Shown: positions 26,045 to 34,276 of the stretch, piece by piece
How positions within the stretch are numbered: position 1 is the first letter of the stretch
Layout: the number at the start of each line of letters is the position of its first letter
IMG/VR virus record: IMGVR_UViG_3300005764_000004
Span: 1 to 47,535 of that record
Direction: 5' to 3' (one strand)
DNA length: 47,535 nucleotides
Origin: a virus
Taxonomy: Duplodnaviria; Caudoviricetes
Translations under genes and position numbers: made by a program
The notes under the pieces: model-generated
Told to the model about the DNA's origin: nothing
Databases searched by the model: none
Seen by the model: only the letters and a program-made list of their open reading frames with translations

Positions 26045-26490
26045 CCGCGGCCCTTGTACGCTGCGCCCATCTCCGGGCGCTCTGATTCGTGCGCCGGGCA
26101 GTAGCGAAGCAGCGCAAACTTGTTGCAGCCGCTCGCGGCGCAGCGCTTATCGCTGGCGCCGCTAAGCCGCTTAGCGCGAGACGCACGCTCGATCGCGCCA
26201 GCCTCCCAGCGCTCGAGCTCGTGCGTCTCGCGCCCGTCACGCTCGGCCGCCTCGAGCTCTGAGACGAGCTCGAGTGGCCCCGCGCCGCAGCCGCAGAGCG
26301 GTACTCCGCAGCGCTCGAGCGCTCCGCGCGATGCCCGCGCGATAAACCCGCACGAGCTGCAGAGCAACTTGTTATTGGCACGGTAGCCCGCGCCGTTTGT
26401 CTTAGGCCGCCCGCCAGCGCAGCGCTTGCGCTGAGACTCCGCGCGCTCGGCGCTGCGCTCTGCGGCCGCCATTTCCTCTAGGAAGCTCAT
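26041..26490 (-). CDS. Early Cys-rich Zn-ribbon protein (149 aa)
   Basis: CSSCGFIAR...PLCGCG; second C..C...YC..H cluster. Confidence 0.7.
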   Translation of the reverse strand: MSFLEEMAAAERSAERAESQRKRCAGGRPKTNGAGYRANNKLLCSSCGFIARASRGALERCGVPLCGCGAGPLELVSELEAAERDGRETHELERWEAGAIERASRAKRLSGASDKRCAASGCNKFALLRYCPAHESERPEMGAAYKGRG

Positions 26491-26621
26491 CCCTCGCGCC
26501 AGGCGATCAGCGCGAGCACGGCGAGTAGTGCTGGCCCGCCCACATGCGGCGCTAGGGCTGTTGCCACCGTAGAGACGGCAAAGGCCGGGACCCACCAGCG
26601 CTCGATCAGTTCATTCAACAT
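26487..26621 (-). CDS. First early gene, small hydrophobic protein (44 aa)
   Basis: Translated by hand (MLNELIERWWVPAF...); RBS motif at 26626-26640; ATGA coupling. Confidence 0.65.
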   Translation of the reverse strand: MLNELIERWWVPAFAVSTVATALAPHVGGPALLAVLALIAWREG

Positions 26622-26656
26622 CGTCTGTCCTTTCGTTCCGTTGTACTGCTCACACG

Positions 26657-26685
26657 TTTATACGGCATACGGCGCAGCGAGTCAA
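26657..26685 (-). promoter_or_regulatory. Near-consensus sigma-70/SigA early promoter
   Basis: TTGACT-17 nt-TATAAA on the minus strand. Confidence 0.85.
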
Positions 26686-26744
26686 GCGGGAACCGTCAGC
26701 GCTCGATCAAGTGTCCATCGCGCGCCGCGGGTAGGCTCGAGCCG

Positions 26745-27344
26745 ATGTCCTTCGAGCGTAAGTACCCGCCCGCCCAGCGCGACGCCATCACGCGCGCATG
26801 GGCCGAGGGCATGCGCCCGGCAGCGCGCATAGCCGCGCTCGCGGCCGCCGGAGAGCTCGAGCCTGACCTCGAGCCGTTCGAGATCCCCGTCCACAGTGTG
26901 CGCAGCATGGGCGCCCGGGCGCTGCGCCGCGCGCGGATCGAGCGCGCGCGCCTAGCGGTCGCTCCCGACGCGCCCGAGCTCATGCGCCGACGGCTGCTCG
27001 GAGCGCTGCAGATCGAGCTTGACCGGATCGACGCGGCGCAGCGCGCCCGGCGCCCGCCAAAGGACCTCGCCGTGCGGATCCGGGAGACGGCACGCGCAGC
27101 CCGCGAAGTGAGCGCTCTGCAGGCCGCAAGCGGCGCAAGCGCCACGAATGCGTCGGAGCGCTCAAGGTCTGGCCGTTCGCGCGTAGGCGGCCTGGCAGCC
27201 GCGATCGTACGTGCGAACGAGTCCGGAGCATCGCCCGCGCTCGAGCCCGCAGAGGGCGACGGCAGCGAGCCGTTACCCGTGTCCGAGCTACTCCTACACC
27301 CTCATCTAGAAGGATCTCGGGAGAAAGATGGCGCGCGATCCTAG
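26745..27344 (+). CDS. HTH protein, possible terminase small subunit
   Basis: RKY...QRDAI.....G....RIA N-terminus; helical; leaderless -10 TAGGCT at 26732-26737. Confidence 0.5.
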   Translation: MSFERKYPPAQRDAITRAWAEGMRPAARIAALAAAGELEPDLEPFEIPVHSVRSMGARALRRARIERARLAVAPDAPELMRRRLLGALQIELDRIDAAQRARRPPKDLAVRIRETARAAREVSALQAASGASATNASERSRSGRSRVGGLAAAIVRANESGASPALEPAEGDGSEPLPVSELLLHPHLEGSREKDGARS

Positions 27345-27729
27345 CGCGCCGCGTCCCGTCCCGTATATACGGGAGCGCTCTGATTGGGCGATTGTTGGGT
27401 GGTCCGGTAGCCTTACATTTCGCGTTCCTAGCGGCCACTATGTACGTGCGTAGCATGCTTTAGCTCAACAATCAGAGCTCAGATAAGCCCTGCTATTCCG
27501 CATAGCAGAGCCATATTTCAGCAGCGGCCAGCGTTCGGGATGGCAGAACGCGCGAGGCCAGGGAGAGCCCAGACTGCAAGGCTCTCGGCCTCAGGACCGC
27601 GCAGCCGGCCCACCCCTTCGCCCGTCGCCACAGCGCCAGGATTTGGACCCCCCCACTCCTGCACGCAAGCAGCGATCCGTGACATGGGTTCTCCGAATGG
27701 CGTCCGCTGTCACGGCTAGCGTCACGGCT
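27345..27729. other. Lower-GC, inverted-repeat-dense intergenic region (candidate packaging site/origin)
   Basis: Palindrome TCCCGTATATACGGGA at 27359-27374, several inverted repeats, GTCACGGCTA direct repeat. Confidence 0.45.
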
Positions 27730-28191
27730 ATGAAACGGACCTGTGACACCTGTCGGGAGCCCTTCGACGGCCGCTCGGACGCCCGCTACTGCTCGGACCG
27801 TTGCCGCCAGCAGGCGCATCGCTCTCAGGGCGATGGAGCGGTCAAGGCTTTCGCCGTCCCGGAGCCCGAGCGGGCCAGGATCGACGCCGAGAACGAGGCG
27901 ATCGTGGCCGATGCGCTCGAGTTGCGCCGGCGCAAGCGCGCCAATGCCGGCCAGCCGCCCGCGACCCGCGAGCAACTCGACGGGACCCGGGACGTGAGCC
28001 TCCGCAACGCGGCTATCGCCCGCACGGCGCTCCCGGTGCCCGAAACGGGCAGGTTTGGGGCAGGCAAGCCGCTGACTGGCCGCAGCGTCGTCAGGTTCGA
28101 TCCCGAGACGGGCAACGTCGTCGGCCACGGCCACGACTGCCTCTGCGAGTTGTGTGACCCGATCGGCCGCAAGGCCGCGCTACGTCAGTGA
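27730..28191 (+). CDS. Zn-finger protein
   Basis: CDTC..PF.GRSDARYCSDRCR. Confidence 0.7.
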   Translation: MKRTCDTCREPFDGRSDARYCSDRCRQQAHRSQGDGAVKAFAVPEPERARIDAENEAIVADALELRRRKRANAGQPPATREQLDGTRDVSLRNAAIARTALPVPETGRFGAGKPLTGRSVVRFDPETGNVVGHGHDCLCELCDPIGRKAALRQ

Positions 28192-28448
28192 GCCTCTACG
28201 CCAAGGGCGGGGAGGGCTCCGGGGGGCTGCTCTTAGAGCTCCACGGCGGCGGACCCGTGGACCCCGATGCCTGGCCGCTTTACCGCAAGCGCTCGCTCAC
28301 CCGGGCCTCCAGGATCGACGGGCGCTTCACGGTCCGCACGGCCGAGGGCGAGCTCACCTGTGAGGACGGCTGGCTCGCGGTGGACGCTCGCGGCTTTCCC
28401 TACCCGATCGCCGCCAAGGAGTTCGAGCTGATCTACGAGCTGGCATGA
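28188..28448 (+). CDS. Small phage protein (86 aa)
   Basis: TAEG......WL..D..G..YPI....F...YE pattern. Confidence 0.65.
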   Translation: MSLYAKGGEGSGGLLLELHGGGPVDPDAWPLYRKRSLTRASRIDGRFTVRTAEGELTCEDGWLAVDARGFPYPIAAKEFELIYELA

Positions 28449-28942
28449 GCCCGACCCCGCCTCCGGGTAGGCCCGGGCCACGGGCACGGGCCAGAAGGGC
28501 GGCCACGGTCCCGCTGTCGATGGCTCGGCTGTCACCCGAGGACGGCGGCCACCGCTGGGTGCTGGCCGTCGATATGGACGGCGTGCTGCATGGCTACACG
28601 AGCGGTTGGCAGGGCGCCGAGGTCTTGCCCGACCCTCCGGTGCCCGGCGCGATCGCGTGGCTCGAGGACGTCACGGGGCACTTCGAGGTCGCGATTCACT
28701 CGACCCGCTGCGCCAGCCAGGGCGGGCGCTGGGCGTGCCTGGAGTGGCTCGAGCGCCACGGGCTTAGCCGCGAGGCGCTCGCTCACGTCTACTTCCCGGA
28801 GCACAAGCCGCCGGCGCTTCTCTACGTGGACGACCGCGGCTGGCGCTTTGACGGCGCTAACTTCCCCACGCCCGATGAGATATGGGCCGCGAAGCCGTGG
28901 GGGGTGAAGGAGGGGATGGCGAGTGGCAAGAGTGATCGCTGA
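28445..28942 (+). CDS. HAD-superfamily phosphatase/nucleotidase
   Basis: DMDGVL, HSTR, KP..LLYVDDR; start may be 28520. Confidence 0.85.
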   Translation: MSPTPPPGRPGPRARARRAATVPLSMARLSPEDGGHRWVLAVDMDGVLHGYTSGWQGAEVLPDPPVPGAIAWLEDVTGHFEVAIHSTRCASQGGRWACLEWLERHGLSREALAHVYFPEHKPPALLYVDDRGWRFDGANFPTPDEIWAAKPWGVKEGMASGKSDR

Positions 28943-29162
28943 GGATCCTGACGCCGGCGCCCCGGCTGGTGCCCGCCACCTCGCATTTCCCACGGTCGAT
29001 TCCCTACGTGTTGAGAGGGGCGCTTGGGCATTGTGGGAGTACGAGGACGACCACATGCCTTGGCGGAAGTGGGCCGATGTCTCAGAAGATGTTCGCGAAA
29101 CTTATAGGCGTAGGGCCGAGGTTGTCCTCGCCGCCGCAGACCTCGAGGCGATGCCGGAGTGA
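28923..29162 (+). CDS. Hypothetical protein (79 aa)
   Basis: ORF fills the gap; GTGA coupling. Confidence 0.55.
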   Translation: MARVIAEDPDAGAPAGARHLAFPTVDSLRVERGAWALWEYEDDHMPWRKWADVSEDVRETYRRRAEVVLAAADLEAMPE

Positions 29163-29371
29163 GCCGCGACGTCCGCTGGCTGCTCTGGGTCGACGCCGAG
29201 CTCGCGGCCGGGATCGACGCCGCCGCCGCCCGCACGCGCGAGGACCGCTCGGCCTGGATCAGGCGCAAGCTCACCGAGGCCGTCAACCGCGGCGAGCGCC
29301 CGGCCTTCGAGCCCCTGGAGCCGCGCACGCCGGCGAGGCCGCTCGAGCTCTCTGACGGCCTGCGGTGGTAA
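29159..29371 (+). CDS. Ribbon-helix-helix DNA-binding protein
   Basis: beta-strand then D.EL...ID.AA......RS.WIR. Confidence 0.65.
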   Translation: MSRDVRWLLWVDAELAAGIDAAAARTREDRSAWIRRKLTEAVNRGERPAFEPLEPRTPARPLELSDGLRW

Positions 29372-29400
29372 CTAAAGGGCGCTCCTACACGCCAGGGCAC

Positions 29401-29520
29401 CTAGGCGAGGGCTTCGGCGATCACCCAGCCGAGCAAAGACAGCGCCAGGGCGGCGACCACGATCGCGAGGATCAGGTACGCGCCCGAGTCGTCTCTCTCC
29501 TCGTCCTCATCGTCGTCCAT
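29401..29520 (-). CDS. Small membrane peptide (39 aa)
   Basis: Acidic N-terminus plus one TM; occupies an otherwise empty gap. Confidence 0.45.
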   Translation of the reverse strand: MDDDEDEERDDSGAYLILAIVVAALALSLLGWVIAEALA

Positions 29521-29548
29521 CGCCGCCGCCCAGCGTAGTCTGGAAGCC

Positions 29549-29788
29549 GTGGCGGAGGAGTCACTGGAGCAGCAGCGCGCGGATGAGGCCACGGCCCGCC
29601 ACGCGCTGTACGCGCCGCCGGCCGAGGAGCAGCCGACGCTCGCGCTCCACGAGGCCCCGCGGGTGCGCGAACCGCTCGCGACTCTGCTCTTCGCCGGCGC
29701 CACGCTGCTCAGCGTGCTCGTGCTCGCCCTCGCCGCGAGCGTGATCCTCTGGGGCGCCGTCGAGGTGTGGGCGAGGATCCTCTCGTGA
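29549..29788 (+). CDS. Membrane protein (79 aa)
   Basis: Leaderless -10 TAGTCT at 29536-29541; C-terminal TM. Confidence 0.65.
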   Translation: MAEESLEQQRADEATARHALYAPPAEEQPTLALHEAPRVREPLATLLFAGATLLSVLVLALAASVILWGAVEVWARILS

Positions 29789-29979
29789 GATATGAGCGGG
29801 GCGGACTCGTGGCGGCGCTCGAGGATGGCCGCGTCTCGCTCTGGCGCGAAGGCGATGGTGCGCTGCATCCCGCGCTGTACCTGGACGAAGCCGAGCTGCG
29901 CTGGCTCGCCTTCACCGCCGGCCCCGCGCTTATGGCCGGCGCCCGGCAGGGACATCTACCGGGCGCCGGCCGCGGCTGA
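29785..29979 (+). CDS. Hypothetical protein (64 aa)
   Basis: GTGA coupling. Confidence 0.5.
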   Translation: MRYERGGLVAALEDGRVSLWREGDGALHPALYLDEAELRWLAFTAGPALMAGARQGHLPGAGRG

Positions 29980-30182
29980 TCTTGCCGACCATCGCAAGCG
30001 CGTGAAGAGGAGACGCCTGCGGTGCGCAAGCTAGCAGCCCGCTCCACCGTCTATGTAACTAATAGAGAGGTACGGCGCCGCTGCCCAGCATGACCAAGAC
30101 ACGACGCCGCGGGCTCGAGCTTATCCGCCGATGGAGCTACGCTCTCGCTCGTGAGAGAAGCCTCGAGCGAGAAAGGACTGAG

Positions 30183-30818
30183 ATGGCGGGTGTAGCCGTG
30201 GTGGCGGGGATCTTCCCGCCGGCGAGTGTGGTGGTGCTGCGCAGGGTCACGAGCGAGGCGGTCCTGCGCCCGGAGGGCGGCGAGGAGATCGAACGGCGCC
30301 TGGTCGACGAGAATGGCAACGTGGGCTTCTCGGGACTAATCGCCGGCGAGCGCTACTTCGCCTCCGGCTACGTGGACGGCTTCCCGATCGACGTCCGCTG
30401 CCGCGCTGTTGACTCAGAGGCGCCGGACTCCGAGCTCGCGCAGGCGCCGATCAAGGCCGCGGTGCCGAAGACGGGGTATGACTCGACGAACGCGCCGGCG
30501 CCGCCGCCGGCCGCGCCCGACGAAGCGCTCGAGGCCGGTGTGCCCGTGCAGGCGCAGGCGCTCGTGGCCGCCGAGGTGAGCGCTCCCGTCGAAGAAGCGC
30601 CCGCGGTGACGATCGCCCTCGCCGCCGAGAGCGCTGAGGTGCCTCCCGCGGAAGAAGCGCCGCCGCCGGCCGGGGAACCCGTGGAGGCGCCCGTGGAGCC
30701 GGTGCAGGAACCCGGGGCCGAGCCCGCGGTGGCGCCCGCACCCGAGCCAGAAGCGCAGCCAGAAGCGCAGCCCGAGCCGCCGGCGCAGGAACCCGAACCA
30801 ACAGCGCCGGCGAGCTAG
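30183..30818 (+). CDS. Distant paralog of the shared virion N-domain with acidic Pro/Glu/Ala tail
   Basis: AGAAAGGA SD; IFPPASVV...VDENGNVGFSGL..GERYFA. Confidence 0.65.
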   Translation: MAGVAVVAGIFPPASVVVLRRVTSEAVLRPEGGEEIERRLVDENGNVGFSGLIAGERYFASGYVDGFPIDVRCRAVDSEAPDSELAQAPIKAAVPKTGYDSTNAPAPPPAAPDEALEAGVPVQAQALVAAEVSAPVEEAPAVTIALAAESAEVPPAEEAPPPAGEPVEAPVEPVQEPGAEPAVAPAPEPEAQPEAQPEPPAQEPEPTAPAS

Positions 30819-30836
30819 CCGGAGAAAGGCCGGACA

Positions 30837-31166
30837 ATGCCCAAAACGATCGCGGCGACCGTCAAGCGGCGGATCGCCATCGGCGGCACGCTCTACCTCT
30901 ACACGGGCGTCTTCACGCCGGACACCGAATACGAAACCGGCGGGGACACGATCACCAACCCGGCCGAAGGCCCGAAACTGCCGGAAAAGATCGAGCACCT
31001 GAACATCGAGCAGTCGGCCGCCGGGCACACCGCCGTCTACAACCTGACCGGCACCAACGCCGGCAAGGTCCAGCTGTATGAAGGCGCGGCAGGGGTGATG
31101 AAAGAGGTCGCCGCCAAAGCGAACCTCTCCACCGAGACTTTCAGCTTCGCCTGCTACGGCGACTAG
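30837..31166 (+). CDS. Putative virion structural/decoration protein (109 aa)
   Basis: AGAAAGG SD; beta-rich with a YETGG motif. Confidence 0.55.
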   Translation: MPKTIAATVKRRIAIGGTLYLYTGVFTPDTEYETGGDTITNPAEGPKLPEKIEHLNIEQSAAGHTAVYNLTGTNAGKVQLYEGAAGVMKEVAAKANLSTETFSFACYGD

Positions 31167-31172
31167 CGCGCC

Positions 31173-33194
31173 ATGAGGGCGCCGCTGGACCCTCGCAGCG
31201 AGGCGATCCGGCGGCGCCTTCGCACCGATACGCCGTTCTGGGCTGGCGGCGTCAGGCGCCTCCCAGGCGGTAACTATCGCTACCCGCGCAAGGGCGAGTT
31301 CCAGGGCTGCGTGAAGATCCTCAACAAGCAGCGCAAGCTCGTCCCCTGCATCGCGCACCCCTGGCAGCTGGAGTTCGACGAGTGCCTCGAGCGCCAGCGC
31401 CGCGCGGGCAAGCCGATGCGGGGGATCATCCTCAAGGCGCGCAAGCTCGGCTTCTCGACCTGGATCGCCGTCAAGTTCCTGCAGCGGCTCACGCAGATCG
31501 AGTACCAGGCCGCGATCGTCACCGCGCAGGACACGAACACCGCCGGGGTGATCTTCGACATGGCAAAGCTCGCGCACGCGCACCTGCCGCGCGAGGAGGA
31601 GCTCGGGCTCGGCTTCAACATTCGCCCCGCGGTCGTGGGCTCGAACTTCTCGCCCAACGGGCGCAAGTTCCTGCAGTTCGGGGAGCCCTCCCGGGCGCTT
31701 CGGATGGAAGGGCGCACGGGCGAATCAATGCTCGAGATCGACACCGCGGGCTCGCCGGAGTCCGGCCGCGGCTACACGCCCTCGATGCTCCATCTCTCCG
31801 AGGTCGCGCGCTGGGGCGGCCAACTCGCCACGCGCAAGATGCTCGCCCAGCTGAACGCCGTCCCGTATGAGCGCGAGACGATCATCGTCCTGGAGTCCAC
31901 GGCCAACGGCCTGAACCACTTTCACCGCCGCTGGGTCAACGCCCGCGACGGCGCGCAGGACCCGGACACGGGCGAGACGTACGCGCCGCTGTTTGTCCCG
32001 TGGTGGCGTGACCCGAGCTGTGCGCTTCCCTTCTCTACGGAGGAGGACCGCAAGCGCTTCTGCGAGTCGATCGGGGACGAGCGCAAGCTCGGCGAACTCG
32101 TGGCCGACGAGCCCGCCCTGATCGAGCTCTACTCGCTCACGCCTGAGCAGCTCTACTGGCGCCGGATGATGATCCGCACCCAGCACGAGAACAGCGTCGA
32201 GCTCTTCAAGCAGGAGAACCCGGCCTCTGACGAAGAGGCGTTCATCGGCTCGGGCCGCACGGTCTTCTCCGGCGTGCTCATCTCCAAGGCGATCGCCGCC
32301 GCCGAGGACTCGCCGGCGCCCGTGCGCGGCTCGCTGCGCGCCGGCGGCTGGCAGGAGCGGCGCAGCCGCGCGGGCACGATCAGGGTGCCCACCTCCGCCG
32401 TGTGGGTGCCCGAGGCCGAGACGCGCGCTGGCGAGCACACGCTCGAAGTGTGGGAGCATCCCCGCCTCGCCGGCGAGTCACCGGCACTCCCGGTCGGTCC
32501 GTCTGTCCCGACCGCCGCCTCGCCGGCGTATCTACTCGAGGCCCAGGCGCTCCGCCAGGCCCAGGCCGACCAGCTCGCCGCACACGAGCCGCACGGCTCG
32601 GGCGCGTACGTGATCGGCGTCGACGTCGCGCTCGGCGAGGCCAACACCTTCAACACCGCCGACTTCCACGCGCTCAAGGTCTTCGACCACCACGAGCACT
32701 CCGAGGTGGCGATGCACGAGAGCCGCATGGACCTGCACGAGCTCCCGCTGTGGGTGCTCCTCGTCGCGCTCTACTACAACACCGCGACGCTCGCCGTCGA
32801 GGTCAACGGCCCGGGGATCGCGGTCGTCGACCCGCTGACCAAGGACTACCGCTACCGGCGCATGTACCGGCGCAAGCGGATCGACCGGATCCGCAACATC
32901 GAGGAGGACAAGCCGGGCTGGGAGACGAACAGCGTGACCAAGCCGGCGATGGAGGCGACCTACGGCGCCGCGCTGGCGGACGGCACCCACGGCTGCCACG
33001 ACATCGCCACCGCGCGCCAGCTGACCACCTACGTGATCGACGAGCGTGGGCGCCACGGCGCGCTCGAGGGCGAGTACGACGACCGCCTGCTGGCGGCGAT
33101 GATCGCGCATCAGGTGATGGAGCTCGTGCGCCCGCCGCGCCGTGGCCGCGGTGCCAGGCCGAGAGTGCCCGAGGACCCGGTGACGGGCTGGTAG
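31173..33194 (+). CDS. terL: Terminase large subunit
   Basis: LKARKLGFST Walker A, LHLSE Walker B, ESTANG coupling motif, IGVDVA/EVNG/DDRLLA nuclease motifs. Confidence 0.95.
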   Translation: MRAPLDPRSEAIRRRLRTDTPFWAGGVRRLPGGNYRYPRKGEFQGCVKILNKQRKLVPCIAHPWQLEFDECLERQRRAGKPMRGIILKARKLGFSTWIAVKFLQRLTQIEYQAAIVTAQDTNTAGVIFDMAKLAHAHLPREEELGLGFNIRPAVVGSNFSPNGRKFLQFGEPSRALRMEGRTGESMLEIDTAGSPESGRGYTPSMLHLSEVARWGGQLATRKMLAQLNAVPYERETIIVLESTANGLNHFHRRWVNARDGAQDPDTGETYAPLFVPWWRDPSCALPFSTEEDRKRFCESIGDERKLGELVADEPALIELYSLTPEQLYWRRMMIRTQHENSVELFKQENPASDEEAFIGSGRTVFSGVLISKAIAAAEDSPAPVRGSLRAGGWQERRSRAGTIRVPTSAVWVPEAETRAGEHTLEVWEHPRLAGESPALPVGPSVPTAASPAYLLEAQALRQAQADQLAAHEPHGSGAYVIGVDVALGEANTFNTADFHALKVFDHHEHSEVAMHESRMDLHELPLWVLLVALYYNTATLAVEVNGPGIAVVDPLTKDYRYRRMYRRKRIDRIRNIEEDKPGWETNSVTKPAMEATYGAALADGTHGCHDIATARQLTTYVIDERGRHGALEGEYDDRLLAAMIAHQVMELVRPPRRGRGARPRVPEDPVTGW

Positions 33195-33220
33195 CCGCGG
33201 CGCTCGCTAGGCTGCGCGCG

Positions 33221-33559
33221 ATGGCGACGCCCGCACCTGCTCTCGGTTCGATAGTGACCTACCGCTCGCGCACGGGCGACTATGACGTGCCGGCGATCGT
33301 CACCGCGACGCAGGCGACCCTCTTCGTCGAGAACGTGCAGGCGGGCTACATACCGACGCTGAGCTCCGTGCGCCACGTCCACCTCACGGTCTTCTCGGCG
33401 GGCAAGCCGGGCAAGCGCGGCGAGGCCAGCGACTTCCGGGTCGTCTCCGAGCACCCGATCTCCGAGAACGTCGCGGGCTGCTACCAGGAGTGGGACGTCG
33501 GCGAGGCGCCTCCGGATGAGGCGCCCCCGGGTACGTGGCGATGGGGACCGCCGCTCTAG
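33221..33559 (+). CDS. Hypothetical phage protein (112 aa)
   Basis: Leaderless -10 TAGGCT at 33208-33213; G.IV.Y..PAIVT..LTVF..PGTW.W. Confidence 0.7.
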   Translation: MATPAPALGSIVTYRSRTGDYDVPAIVTATQATLFVENVQAGYIPTLSSVRHVHLTVFSAGKPGKRGEASDFRVVSEHPISENVAGCYQEWDVGEAPPDEAPPGTWRWGPPL

Positions 33560-33867
33560 CGCAGCGGCGCTCCGGGCTGATCGTGCCGCCCGAGTACGCC
33601 GACCGCCGCCCGGCGTTTGCCTGCAACGTCTGCGGCTCGCAGTTCCCGAACGAGCAGCGGGCGGTCTATGAGCGCCACGTGGGCGAGTGCGCTCGAGCAC
33701 ACGAGGCCGAGATCCTCGCCATGCGGCCATCGGTGCGCCTCAAGGGCGGCCCGTTTGACCCGGAGAGCTGGGATCCCGAGGCCGAGGCTCACATGCGGAA
33801 GGTAGGTGAGCGGATGCTCCGCGAGGGCCGCATGGAGGTCAAGCCCGCCGAGCGAGCGGGCTTCTAA
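33535..33867 (+). CDS. Zn-finger protein
   Basis: FACNVCG..F........H...C; start uncertain. Confidence 0.65.
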   Translation: MAMGTAALAQRRSGLIVPPEYADRRPAFACNVCGSQFPNEQRAVYERHVGECARAHEAEILAMRPSVRLKGGPFDPESWDPEAEAHMRKVGERMLREGRMEVKPAERAGF

Positions 33868-33892
33868 CCGCCGAGCGCGCGAAGATGCGCGC

Positions 33893-34276
33893 ATGAGCGT
33901 CCGCAGCTGGCAGGCCACGCCCTCGCGTGAGCTCGAGCTCGACGGCAGGGCTTGGCCGCTCGTCACCCAGGAGGATTTGATCAAGGCGCTGCTCGACGGC
34001 GCGATCCTGCTCGACCGCGCCGGCGGCTGCCTGCAGGTCGTCCTGCAGCGCAAGCCGACAGGCATGCCCAACGAAATGGTCACGGTCGCCGCGGTGGTCG
34101 TCTGGATGGACCGGACCAACGCGAAGGCCCAGCCCGAGTCGCCGGGGCTCGAGGTGGTGGCGCCCGAGCCGCAGCCGGCCAACGGCGAGCCCGACTCGGA
34201 CTCGCTCACGGCCGCGCTCTCCGAGATCGAGCCCGAGGTGGACGAAACCGACGTCCCGGAGCACCTGCGTGGCTGA
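33893..34276 (+). CDS. Hypothetical protein (127 aa)
   Basis: ORF fills the gap before the portal gene. Confidence 0.6.
   Translation: MSVRSWQATPSRELELDGRAWPLVTQEDLIKALLDGAILLDRAGGCLQVVLQRKPTGMPNEMVTVAAVVVWMDRTNAKAQPESPGLEVVAPEPQPANGEPDSDSLTAALSEIEPEVDETDVPEHLRG

Noticed and set aside
23101-26640. Repeats as a CRISPR array
   Set aside because: Repeats are separated by whole genes of variable length; the Cas4-like gene is a solo phage nuclease and no other cas genes are present.
30048-30068. TCTAT-GTAACTA-ATAGA as a recombinase (att/dif/lox) core
   Set aside because: Arms are only 5 bp and there is no second copy or recognisable dif/tRNA match.
30700-30800. CCAGAAGCGCAG-type short tandem repeats
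   Set aside because: They simply encode the low-complexity PEAQ/PEP tail.
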